A stretch of DNA of 51,799 nt. Origin: Candidatus Pacearchaeota archaeon (GTDB taxonomy: Archaea; Nanobdellota; Nanobdellia; Pacearchaeales; GW2011-AR1). Below are positions 18,735-26,518 of this stretch, piece by piece. Within the stretch, counting starts at the first letter, position 1, and each line of letters starts with the position of its first letter. The stretch spans positions 1 to 51,799 of the forward strand of contig JAFCFX010000003.1 in the NCBI GenBank assembly GCA_017608405.1. Direction: 5' to 3'. A model generated the notes under the pieces. The model saw only the letters and a program-made list of their open reading frames with translations. It ran no database searches and had not been told where the DNA came from. Position numbers and translations under genes: made by a program.

Positions 18735-19310
18735 TTATCTAAATGTTTTTCCTTGGTATTTGGTATCTTGTCTTTCAAAAGGAAGTTTACTTCCATCTCT
18801 GTCTATTTTCTCTGCTTTAGCAACATAGTCTCTTTCTAATGTTGCTGATCCTTTTCTTAATTCTCTAAGATCTGGATTAATTTCAAATTCTTGTTCTCTT
18901 TCTCTACGCAAATTTGAAGTTGGAGTGTGTGCGGGGATTTTTTCTGATTGCCTTACAACCAAATCTCTATTCATCATTTGCCTTTCTCTTTCCATGGCTT
19001 GATAATCCTCTTTCATTACTTTATATTTTACTGGTTCATCTTGTTTTTTTTCTTGGGCTGGAGTAGTTGCAATATCTTGCTCAAGTCTTGTTGGTTCTGC
19101 AGCTTTTGCTACTTTTTCTAATACAGGGTTGGATGGTTCTGTAGGGGGTTGCATAAATTCTACAAATTCATTATCCTTTGTTGTCTCATCTTCATCTTTA
19201 ATTTCTTCTGCTATTTCAGATGTTTTTTCTTCTTCTATTTCTTCTTCAATAGCTTCTTCTAAATCTGATTCTTCTGATTCTTGGTTTTTACTTTTTTTCT
19301 TTTTAGCCAT
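18735..19310 (-). CDS. acidic hypothetical protein
   Basis: 191-aa ORF, E/D-rich N-terminal half, same strand as and 30 nt upstream of the TIM-barrel gene. Confidence 0.5.
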   Translation of the reverse strand: MAKKKKSKNQESEESDLEEAIEEEIEEEKTSEIAEEIKDEDETTKDNEFVEFMQPPTEPSNPVLEKVAKAAEPTRLEQDIATTPAQEKKQDEPVKYKVMKEDYQAMERERQMMNRDLVVRQSEKIPAHTPTSNLRREREQEFEINPDLRELRKGSATLERDYVAKAEKIDRDGSKLPFERQDTKYQGKTFR

Positions 19311-19361
19311 TGTTTTACAGAGGGCAGAAACATATATAAAATATTCTACTTTGTATTTAAT

Positions 19362-19685
19362 ATGAGAAAAACAATTTGGTTGGTTGTTAGCATTATCTTA
19401 GTTTCATTAGGAGTTATTATAATTTTATATTCTTTTTCAGGATTAACTGGGCAAGTTACGTCTAATGCGGGAGGGGCCTATACTTCTGCAGTTGTCTTAA
19501 TAATGGCTGGCTTAGCAAGCTATTTTTTCTTTAAGAGTAAAAATACTTTAAAATCTTCTGCTGAAGAAAAAAAGAAAGATTCAGTTGTGAAAAAAGAGGG
19601 AGAATGGAAAAAATTTAGCAAGAAAAAACCTCAAAAAAAAGATGGTGGAGGAACAACGGAGGAGTGGGAAAAAGATGAAAAATAA
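19362..19685 (+). CDS. small two-helix membrane protein, paralog 1 (FSGLTG motif)
   Basis: MRKTIWLVVSIILVSLGVIIILYSFSGLTGQV..., a second helix, then a K/E-rich tail. ATG 19362 lies ~22 nt after catatataaa. Confidence 0.55.
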   Translation: MRKTIWLVVSIILVSLGVIIILYSFSGLTGQVTSNAGGAYTSAVVLIMAGLASYFFFKSKNTLKSSAEEKKKDSVVKKEGEWKKFSKKKPQKKDGGGTTEEWEKDEK

Positions 19686-20178
19686 ATTAAAATCTTGGGG
19701 TATTTTTTTATTCTTACTTGGGAGTTTTATTTTACTTGATTCTTTTTCGGGAATCACAGGCTATGCTGTTGCAGAACAAGTTGGAAAAATCACGAGCTCT
19801 ATTTTTGGATTAATCTTTATTCTTGGGGGGTTAGGGATGTTTCTTTCTGGAGGAAAAATAAATACTTATAACAAGATAGTTGGAGGGCTTTATACCACCC
19901 TTGCAACAAAAAGTGCATATGGACACCATACAGAAAAAATTAAGGATGTAACAAATACTCTAGAAAAATATGGTCCTCAGAAAATAGTAAAAAAAGTTAT
20001 TAAAAAACAAATTAAATCAGGTTATTTAAATTCTATAGAAGATGACTCAGTTTCTTTAACAATGGATACAAATAAGTTAGAAGAAATTATTAAAAATCAT
20101 GGTAAAAAAATCTCTGACGAAGCTCTAAAAAGGATAATTGAGTTAAAAGAAAAGAAGGCTATGTCTGGAGTTAGATAG
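19675..20178 (+). CDS. small two-helix membrane protein, paralog 2 (FSGITG motif)
   Basis: MKNKLKSWGIFLFLLGSFILLDSFSGITGYAV...SSIFGLIFILGGLGMFLS; the ATG overlaps the end of paralog 1 by 11 nt. Confidence 0.55.
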   Translation: MKNKLKSWGIFLFLLGSFILLDSFSGITGYAVAEQVGKITSSIFGLIFILGGLGMFLSGGKINTYNKIVGGLYTTLATKSAYGHHTEKIKDVTNTLEKYGPQKIVKKVIKKQIKSGYLNSIEDDSVSLTMDTNKLEEIIKNHGKKISDEALKRIIELKEKKAMSGVR

Positions 20179-20232
20179 TTGATTTTATTTTATTAGGGAA
20201 AAATATATAAGTTTGAAATGTTTCTATTTTGC

Positions 20233-20427
20233 ATGAAAAATCCACTAAAAATGGTTGGAGTAATCTTATTCTTAGTTGGACTTATTCTTACTCTAAACTC
20301 CCTTCCAGGAATTACAGGAAATGTAATTGGGGGGGGAATAAGTAATGATCTTGGTTCTATTTTTGGATTAGCACTCGTAGTTATTGGGGGAATTGTATTT
20401 TTATCTCAAGCTAAAGAAAAAAACTAA
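20233..20427 (+). CDS. small two-helix membrane protein, paralog 3 (LPGITG motif)
   Basis: MKNPLKMVGVILFLVGLILTLNSLPGITGNVI...GSIFGLALVVIGGIVFLS; aatatata box ~24 nt upstream of the ATG. Confidence 0.55.
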   Translation: MKNPLKMVGVILFLVGLILTLNSLPGITGNVIGGGISNDLGSIFGLALVVIGGIVFLSQAKEKN

Positions 20428-21830
20428 GTATAACTTGGCATTCCGTGGGCTTTCTTATAAATATCAAATAAAGTAAATACTGTTGCTTTTGCATTTTCTG
20501 ATGCTAAGGTTCTTAAGTAAGTTTTTTCTGTCCAATCATCTGGCTTAATTATTATGTCTTTTGGCTCTTGTTTTTTTTCTGGTTTTGGCTTTGCAGGCTT
20601 ATCATAGGTTCCAACTAATGCTAAAAAAGGATTTGAAGAATCTTTTGTCTTTTTTATTTCTTCTTTGTCTTTTTCTTCTAAAAAGAAATCTATTTCTTCT
20701 TGTAATTGGCCAAGACTTTCTGTTGTTGTTCCTTCAATCAATTGTAAAACATCGTGCATATCTGATTTTTTAACTTCTTGATTAACTTTTGCAACTTCAT
20801 CATCATTTAATGCATAAGCTCTGAGGGTTATTTCGGCTCTTCCTCCAAAAACATAATTAGCCTGTTGAGTCTGCATTCTAGAAGGGAGACCTCTAAATTT
20901 AAAATCAACTAAAATGCAAGAGTGATAATCTCTTTTTAGTGATCTAAGAAAACCTTCTTTTGTAAAATCAGTAGGCAATTTTCCTTGAAGTGCAGATTCT
21001 TTTACTTTTAATTTAGATTTTCCAAAAAGAGTTAATTCAAGCAATATTGTGCTAAAAGTTTTTACTAAATCTGGATTTGTTCCCATCTCCCCCATTTCAA
21101 GCTGAGATGCTGCTCGCAAATAAGGTTTTGCCCATCGGGAATAAAGTTTCAAACTATTAACTTGGCTTCTTAAATATGTTTTTTCAAGTTCATATCTTTT
21201 TCTTAATTCTACTCCAGAATGTTTAAGCCAAGTATTAAATTCTTGAATTCTTGGAAATAAAATTCTCTTAACTATATCGTTTAAATCTAATTTATTTACA
21301 TCTTTAGCATCGTCAACAGCTAGAAATGCATCAAGTAAAGTGGTAAATCCTGCTTGACCCAAAGCCATTGCCTTTATACTTGAATTTGCTTTAGTTATAT
21401 CTACCTTATCTAGCCAGATTTGTTTTAAGGCTAGTTTTGCTGCCTTATTTATTTCTACATCATTTGATTTTAAATCATCATAACTTTCTAATCTAATTCT
21501 AAATTCTTTTAAATCATAAATAATATTTAACACACTTCTCAAGACCATGTTTATGTCTGCTAGCAATTTAGCTCCTTGTTGTTGCATTATTGTGGCTCTT
21601 TGTCCTAGTTCTGCAAAATGTCCTGAACCAGGTGTTGAAGTAAAATTATCGATTAATTTTTCTGGTGCAAGTCCAAAATCATTCATTAAATCTAGTAAGA
21701 AAAAATAAATTGGTTCGAGGGTTTCTGAGGATGAATCATAAATTAATGTGTGGACTTCTTCTGGACCTTTTTTTTTCTTATAATAAGGAACGACTTCTTC
21801 AATAATTTCAGCTATTGTTCTTACGACCAT
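20424..21830 (-). CDS. hypothetical protein (468 aa, no recognisable family)
   Basis: Long intact ORF, convergent with and overlapping paralog 3 by 4 nt; no catalytic or nucleotide-binding motif seen. Confidence 0.6.
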   Translation of the reverse strand: MVVRTIAEIIEEVVPYYKKKKGPEEVHTLIYDSSSETLEPIYFFLLDLMNDFGLAPEKLIDNFTSTPGSGHFAELGQRATIMQQQGAKLLADINMVLRSVLNIIYDLKEFRIRLESYDDLKSNDVEINKAAKLALKQIWLDKVDITKANSSIKAMALGQAGFTTLLDAFLAVDDAKDVNKLDLNDIVKRILFPRIQEFNTWLKHSGVELRKRYELEKTYLRSQVNSLKLYSRWAKPYLRAASQLEMGEMGTNPDLVKTFSTILLELTLFGKSKLKVKESALQGKLPTDFTKEGFLRSLKRDYHSCILVDFKFRGLPSRMQTQQANYVFGGRAEITLRAYALNDDEVAKVNQEVKKSDMHDVLQLIEGTTTESLGQLQEEIDFFLEEKDKEEIKKTKDSSNPFLALVGTYDKPAKPKPEKKQEPKDIIIKPDDWTEKTYLRTLASENAKATVFTLFDIYKKAHGMPSYT

Positions 21831-22190
21831 ATAAAAGACAGAGGAATATATCTTTAAAAAAGGTTTCTACATTATAGAAAGAATTCTTATTTTATAATGG
21901 GTAAAAGAAGCTCCAGTATATAAAATTTGCCCCTGTTTTGCGACGGCAAAAAAGCTTTATAAAGTAATTTGCCTTTTTTATATTAAATCGTCTAGAAAAA
22001 GCTTGGATTAAGAGCCAATTGGGGAATTTTTCATAAATCTTCCTCTTCATCTAAGGACTCTTCTGGAAATCGATCATCATGTTCATATTCAGCTTCCCTA
22101 TAATCCCGAATTGAATTACCAATACCAATTCGTTTTATCATAAAAAATCAAGGGTGCTGAAATATATAAACTTATGTAAAAGTGTTTAAA

Positions 22191-23975
22191 ATGAAAAATC
22201 GGCGTGGAGAAAAAATCAATTTTAAGTATAATGTTAGAGAATACTGGAAGATCCTTAAGCAGTATAAGGCCTTGTTTTTTTCACTCTTAGTTATTTCTCT
22301 AATAGTTGAATCTTTATTTATTGTTGACAAATTCTTATTTAAAAGAATTATTGATGATGGAAGCGAGTTTATTGCAGGAACAATTCTTCAAAATGTTTTT
22401 GTTCAAGTCTTAATAGTAATTTTATTAATTTTTATTGGGATTGTTATTTTAAGGACAATTGGGAAGTGGGTCATACTACATTTAATGAATATCTTAACTT
22501 CTAAGATGATAAAGGACATAAAAACAAAATATTTTAATCATATTTTAAGATTATCTCATAATTTTCATACCACTAACAAGACAGGTTCTTTAATTTCAAG
22601 ATTGGGAAGGGGTTCTGGAGCTGTTGAAAATATGACTGATATCTTAGTCTTTAATATGGCTCCTTTATTTTTTCAATTATTTATTGTAGGACTATCACTC
22701 ATATATTTTAGTTGGGCTTCTGCATTAACTATTCTCATTATTACAATCTTATTTGTTACTTACAGCTTTATTATCCAGCACAAACAACAAAGTTCCAAAT
22801 TAAGATTTATTCGTTCACAAGACATTGAAAAAGGATTTATTGGGGATATTTTTACAAATGTTGATACAATTAAGTATTATGGGAAAGAAAATATTATTGA
22901 ATCAAGATTTAATAAATTAACAAGTTTAACAAGAAAAAACGCACTTAAGTATTGGGGATATTTTAGATGGTTTGATGCAGGACAGATCTTTATTCTTGGT
23001 TTAGGAACCTTCTTATTAATTTACTTTCCATTGACTAGTTTCCTAGCAAAAGAAATAACTCTTGGCACCCTTGTATTTATATACACAATATATGGAAATG
23101 TTGTGGGCCCAATGTTTGGTTTTGTTTGGGGAATGAGGGGCTTCTATAGGTCAATGGCAGATTTTCAAGATTTATTTGAGTATGGAAAAGTAAAGAATGA
23201 TATCAAAGACAAACCAAATGCTTCTGAGATAAAAATAGAAAAAGGAACAGTAGAATTTAAAAATGTTGACTTTAGTTATGGGGAAAGAAAAATATTTAGA
23301 AAATTTAATCTAAATATAAAAGAAAATGAAAAAGTTGCATTGGTGGGACATTCTGGATCTGGAAAAACTACTTTAGTAAAACTCTTGAATAGATTTTATG
23401 ATGTGGATTCTGGACAAATCCTTATTGATGGTCAAGACATAAGAGATTTTAAACAAGAATCTGTGAGGGGAAAAACAGGGATTGTTCCACAAGAATGTAT
23501 TTTATTTGATGAGACAGTTTATAATAATATTAAATTTGCAAATCCAAAAGCTACAAGAAGAGAGATTCAAAGGGCAATAAAATTAGCTAGACTAGATAAA
23601 GTCATTAAACATTTTCCAAAAAAAGAAAACACTGTTGTTGGTGAAAGGGGGGTAAAACTTTCTGGAGGAGAAAAGCAAAGAGTTTCAATTGCAAGATCAA
23701 TATTAGCTAATAAGAAAATATTAGTATTAGATGAGGCAACTTCTGCTTTAGATTCTGAAACAGAATATGAAATTCAACAAGCTCTTAAAGAATTATTAAA
23801 AGGAAGGACTGCAATTATAATCGCACACCGTCTTTCTACTATTATGAATGCTGATAGGATTATTGTTTTAAAAGAAGGAAAAATAATCCAGCAAGGTAAA
23901 CATTCTGAGTTAATCAAAAAACCAGGAGAATATAATAAACTATGGAATCTTCAAAAAGGCGGATATATGGAGTGA
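22191..23975 (+). CDS. ABC transporter, fused permease/ATPase (ABCB/MsbA-like exporter)
   Basis: Six-helix N-terminal half, Walker A GHSGSGKTT, signature LSGGEKQRVSIAR, Walker B ILVLDEATSALD; ATG 22191 preferred over GTG 22182. Confidence 0.9.
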   Translation: MKNRRGEKINFKYNVREYWKILKQYKALFFSLLVISLIVESLFIVDKFLFKRIIDDGSEFIAGTILQNVFVQVLIVILLIFIGIVILRTIGKWVILHLMNILTSKMIKDIKTKYFNHILRLSHNFHTTNKTGSLISRLGRGSGAVENMTDILVFNMAPLFFQLFIVGLSLIYFSWASALTILIITILFVTYSFIIQHKQQSSKLRFIRSQDIEKGFIGDIFTNVDTIKYYGKENIIESRFNKLTSLTRKNALKYWGYFRWFDAGQIFILGLGTFLLIYFPLTSFLAKEITLGTLVFIYTIYGNVVGPMFGFVWGMRGFYRSMADFQDLFEYGKVKNDIKDKPNASEIKIEKGTVEFKNVDFSYGERKIFRKFNLNIKENEKVALVGHSGSGKTTLVKLLNRFYDVDSGQILIDGQDIRDFKQESVRGKTGIVPQECILFDETVYNNIKFANPKATRREIQRAIKLARLDKVIKHFPKKENTVVGERGVKLSGGEKQRVSIARSILANKKILVLDEATSALDSETEYEIQQALKELLKGRTAIIIAHRLSTIMNADRIIVLKEGKIIQQGKHSELIKKPGEYNKLWNLQKGGYME

Positions 23976-24016
23976 GATCCCCAAATCCTTATAAATAACT
24001 TGTTCTTACTTATTTT

Positions 24017-24391
24017 ATGGCGTGGTTTAGGAAAAAAGATAGAGTGATTGATTTAAGTGCAAGATATAAAAGAGAGCAAGAAAAAGCTGCTGAAATCGAA
24101 ACAGGTTCTCCAGAAACTGGTGTTGAATCTCCTTCTCAAAGTGCATTTGGTTTTCTTGGAAACTTAGCATCTGGAGGAAGCAGTTCTGAATCAACAAGTT
24201 CTGAAATAAGTAGTCCTGAATCAGATACAGGATATGTTGATGTTTCCGGGGGTTCAGATGAAAGAAAAAGAAAACTTGCAAAGAGACTTCTTGACATAAC
24301 AAACAAATTAGAAGAATTATCAAATCAAATTTATCACCTGCAACAAAAAGTTGAAGTTCTTGAACGAAAAATGGGTGTGGGTAATTATTGA
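24017..24391 (+). CDS. hypothetical protein with a Ser-rich linker and C-terminal coiled coil
   Basis: 124-aa ORF; ccTTATAAAta box ~25 nt upstream; no family recognised. Confidence 0.5.
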   Translation: MAWFRKKDRVIDLSARYKREQEKAAEIETGSPETGVESPSQSAFGFLGNLASGGSSSESTSSEISSPESDTGYVDVSGGSDERKRKLAKRLLDITNKLEELSNQIYHLQQKVEVLERKMGVGNY

Positions 24392-24424
24392 AAAGTTTAT
24401 TAATCATATTTCTTTTAATTATAC

Positions 24425-25636
24425 ATGAAAGATTTTGAAAAAAAGACACGTGCATATGCTTTGAAAAATGCAATTGCTTACAAAGGCAAAGCTGTTCAAG
24501 GCGCTGTGATTGCTTGTTTATTTAATGAAGGTTTGAAAAAACAAGATATGAAAAAATATGCTAAGAAGATTTCTAAAATAATTTCTGAAGTAAATAAAAT
24601 TTCTTTAGAAGAACAAGAAAAAGAATATGAAAAACTTGAAAAACAGGTTTCTAAAAGAGTTATTCGGGAAGGATTGCCTGAGTTGCCCAATGTGAGTAAA
24701 AAGGGGGTTATTATGAGAAATTCACCTTCTCCGTCTGGTCCTTTGCATATTGGACATGCAATTATTTCTGGTTTAAGTATTGCCTATGTAAAGAAATATG
24801 GGGGCAAATTTATTTTGCGTATTGAAGATACAAACCCAGAAAATATTGATCCTAAAGCATATAAATTGTTAGAAAATGATGCAAGATGGCTTTATCCTAA
24901 AACAAAAATTATTATCCAGTCAGACAGGATGAATTTATATTATAAATATGCTGAAAAATTAATTAATAAAAAAACTGCTTATGTTTGTACTTGTTCAGCA
25001 GACAAGTTTAGAGAACTTGTAAAGCAAAAGAAAGCTTGTAATTGTAGAGAACTTTCTGTAAAAGAAAATTTAACAAGATGGAAAAATATGCTAAGTAAAT
25101 CTGGATATAAGCCTGGACAAGCTGTTTTAAGATTTAAATCATCTGAAGGAATGAAACATAAGAATCCTGCAATGAGAGACTTTCCTTTAGCCAGAGTAAA
25201 TTTAACAAAACATCCTCGGACAAAAAACAAGTATAGAGTTTGGCCTTTAATGAACTTGTCAGTAACTGCAGACGATATTGAAATGAAGATGACACATATT
25301 ATTCGAGGAAAAGATCATAGAGATAATGCAGAAAGACAAAAAATGATGTTTAAAGTACTGGGAAAGACATGTCCTTGGGTAGCTTTTATTGGAAGAATTC
25401 ATTTAAGGGGCATGGCATTATCTACAACAAAGATGCAAGAGGGAATAAAGTCTAAAAAATACAAAGGATGGGATGATCCTAGACTTCCTACCCTAATTTC
25501 ATTAAAAAAACAAGGTTATAAACCAGGAGCTTTTTTAAAATTTGCAGAAAAAATTAGTCTTGGAGAAAATGACAAGACTCTTGATAAATCAGAATATTTT
25601 ACTTTATTAAAGAATTTTAATAAATCTCGAGAATAA
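24425..25636 (+). CDS. gltX: glutamyl-tRNA synthetase-like protein: catalytic core only, anticodon-binding domain absent
   Basis: SPSPSGPLHIGHAI (HIGH), FILRIEDTNPE, YRVWPLMNLSVTADD, IIRGKDH, LSTTKM (KMSKS position); archaeal-type N-terminal helical domain YALKNAIAYKGKA. The ORF stops at 403 aa. Confidence 0.75.
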   Translation: MKDFEKKTRAYALKNAIAYKGKAVQGAVIACLFNEGLKKQDMKKYAKKISKIISEVNKISLEEQEKEYEKLEKQVSKRVIREGLPELPNVSKKGVIMRNSPSPSGPLHIGHAIISGLSIAYVKKYGGKFILRIEDTNPENIDPKAYKLLENDARWLYPKTKIIIQSDRMNLYYKYAEKLINKKTAYVCTCSADKFRELVKQKKACNCRELSVKENLTRWKNMLSKSGYKPGQAVLRFKSSEGMKHKNPAMRDFPLARVNLTKHPRTKNKYRVWPLMNLSVTADDIEMKMTHIIRGKDHRDNAERQKMMFKVLGKTCPWVAFIGRIHLRGMALSTTKMQEGIKSKKYKGWDDPRLPTLISLKKQGYKPGAFLKFAEKISLGENDKTLDKSEYFTLLKNFNKSRE

Positions 25637-25696
25637 AAACATTTAAATAATTAATTTATGTAATTAATTTGTATAGTAATGAAAAGGAGGTTAAAT

Positions 25697-26164
25697 ATGA
25701 TAAAAAACAAAGCTGGTTTGTCAACTGTTGTAACTACTTTAATAATTATTCTATTAGTCTTAGTAGCTATTGGAATTATTTGGGTGGTTTTGAGGCCTAT
25801 TTTTGAAGGAGGGTCTGGAGAGATTGACATTGGAGCAAAATGTTTAAATGTAGAAGTTAGGGCTACAGGAGTTACTACTTGTAGTAGTACTGCTTGTACT
25901 GTTGCTCTTGCAAGATCAGGATCAAGTACAGAAGAAATTGCTGGTGTAAAATTAGTTTTTAGTAATAATACTGTCAGTCCTGTTGATGTAAGTGACATAG
26001 CTGATTATCCAAACGATGTACCTGCATTAGTAGGAGCAAGCACAGGAGCATTGACAATAGCTAATTTAGCTGTGAATCCAGATAAAGTAGAAATAACTGT
26101 CTACTTTAAAGATGAATCAGGAAACGAATTACTCTGCCCAAGTTCAACAGAATTTAACTTTTAA
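25697..26164 (+). CDS. archaeal type IV pilin-like protein (class III signal peptide)
   Basis: MIKNKAGLSTVVTTLIIILLVLVAIGII: a basic residue, then G/LS, then a hydrophobic helix, as in the archaeal flagellin/pilin N-terminal domain; GGAGG 7 nt upstream of the ATG. Confidence 0.7.
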   Translation: MIKNKAGLSTVVTTLIIILLVLVAIGIIWVVLRPIFEGGSGEIDIGAKCLNVEVRATGVTTCSSTACTVALARSGSSTEEIAGVKLVFSNNTVSPVDVSDIADYPNDVPALVGASTGALTIANLAVNPDKVEITVYFKDESGNELLCPSSTEFNF

Positions 26165-26200
26165 TTTTTTATTTTTTTTATTTCTTATTTTTTAATAGTC
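26165..26200 (+). terminator. oligo-T tracts downstream of the pilin-like gene
   Basis: aattttttatttttttatttcttatttttt directly after the stop codon; archaeal termination typically uses T-runs. Confidence 0.4.
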
Positions 26201-26334
26201 AGTGGTAACTCTAAATATTCTTAGATTATCAAAAAGGTTTAAAAAGTCTAATTATTGAGAAATATTATGAACACAGCTAAAAGCCGGAGTTGTCGGCATC
26301 ATTAATAAGAAAGATTTTTCTAGCTGTGCTAATA

Positions 26335-26342
26335 TTTTTATA
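26335..26342 (+). promoter_or_regulatory. TATA box for tRNA-His (and probably hisS)
   Basis: TTTTTATA ends 24 nt before tRNA position -1; no comparable box lies between the tRNA and hisS. Confidence 0.4.
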
Positions 26343-26366
26343 CCATACTTAACTCAATTAAATAAT

Positions 26367-26438
26367 GGTGGATGTAGTATATTGGTAGTACGTGTGGTTG
26401 TGGTCCGCGAGAAGAGGGTTCGATTCCCTCCTTCCACC
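26367..26438 (+). tRNA. tRNA-His(GTG) with genome-encoded G-1
   Basis: Hand fold: G-1 plus acceptor GTGGATG/CTTCCAC plus C73 (G-1:C73 pair), anticodon stem TGTGG/CCGCG, loop TTGTGGT, T-arm GAGGG-TTCGATT-CCCTC. Confidence 0.85.
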
Positions 26439-26464
26439 TTCGAACTTTGTTTGAGGTGGCTTAC

Positions 26465-26482
26465 GAAATTCTTTAGAATTTC
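26465..26482 (+). promoter_or_regulatory. perfect hairpin between tRNA-His and hisS
   Basis: gaaattct-tt-agaatttc (8-bp arms) in the 80-nt spacer; AGGAG 8 nt before the hisS ATG implies a leadered mRNA. Confidence 0.35.
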
Positions 26483-26518
26483 AGTTTCCGCCTTTAAGCC
26501 AAGTTTTAGGAGATTAAA

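Noticed and set aside
24027-24473. 148-aa minus-strand ORF
   Set aside because: It is antisense to ORF 24017-24391 and to the GluRS start. It has no upstream promoter motif, and its composition is typical of shadow ORFs.
25651-25998. 115-aa minus-strand ORF
   Set aside because: It is antisense to the pilin-like gene, which has a diagnostic class III signal peptide and an RBS.
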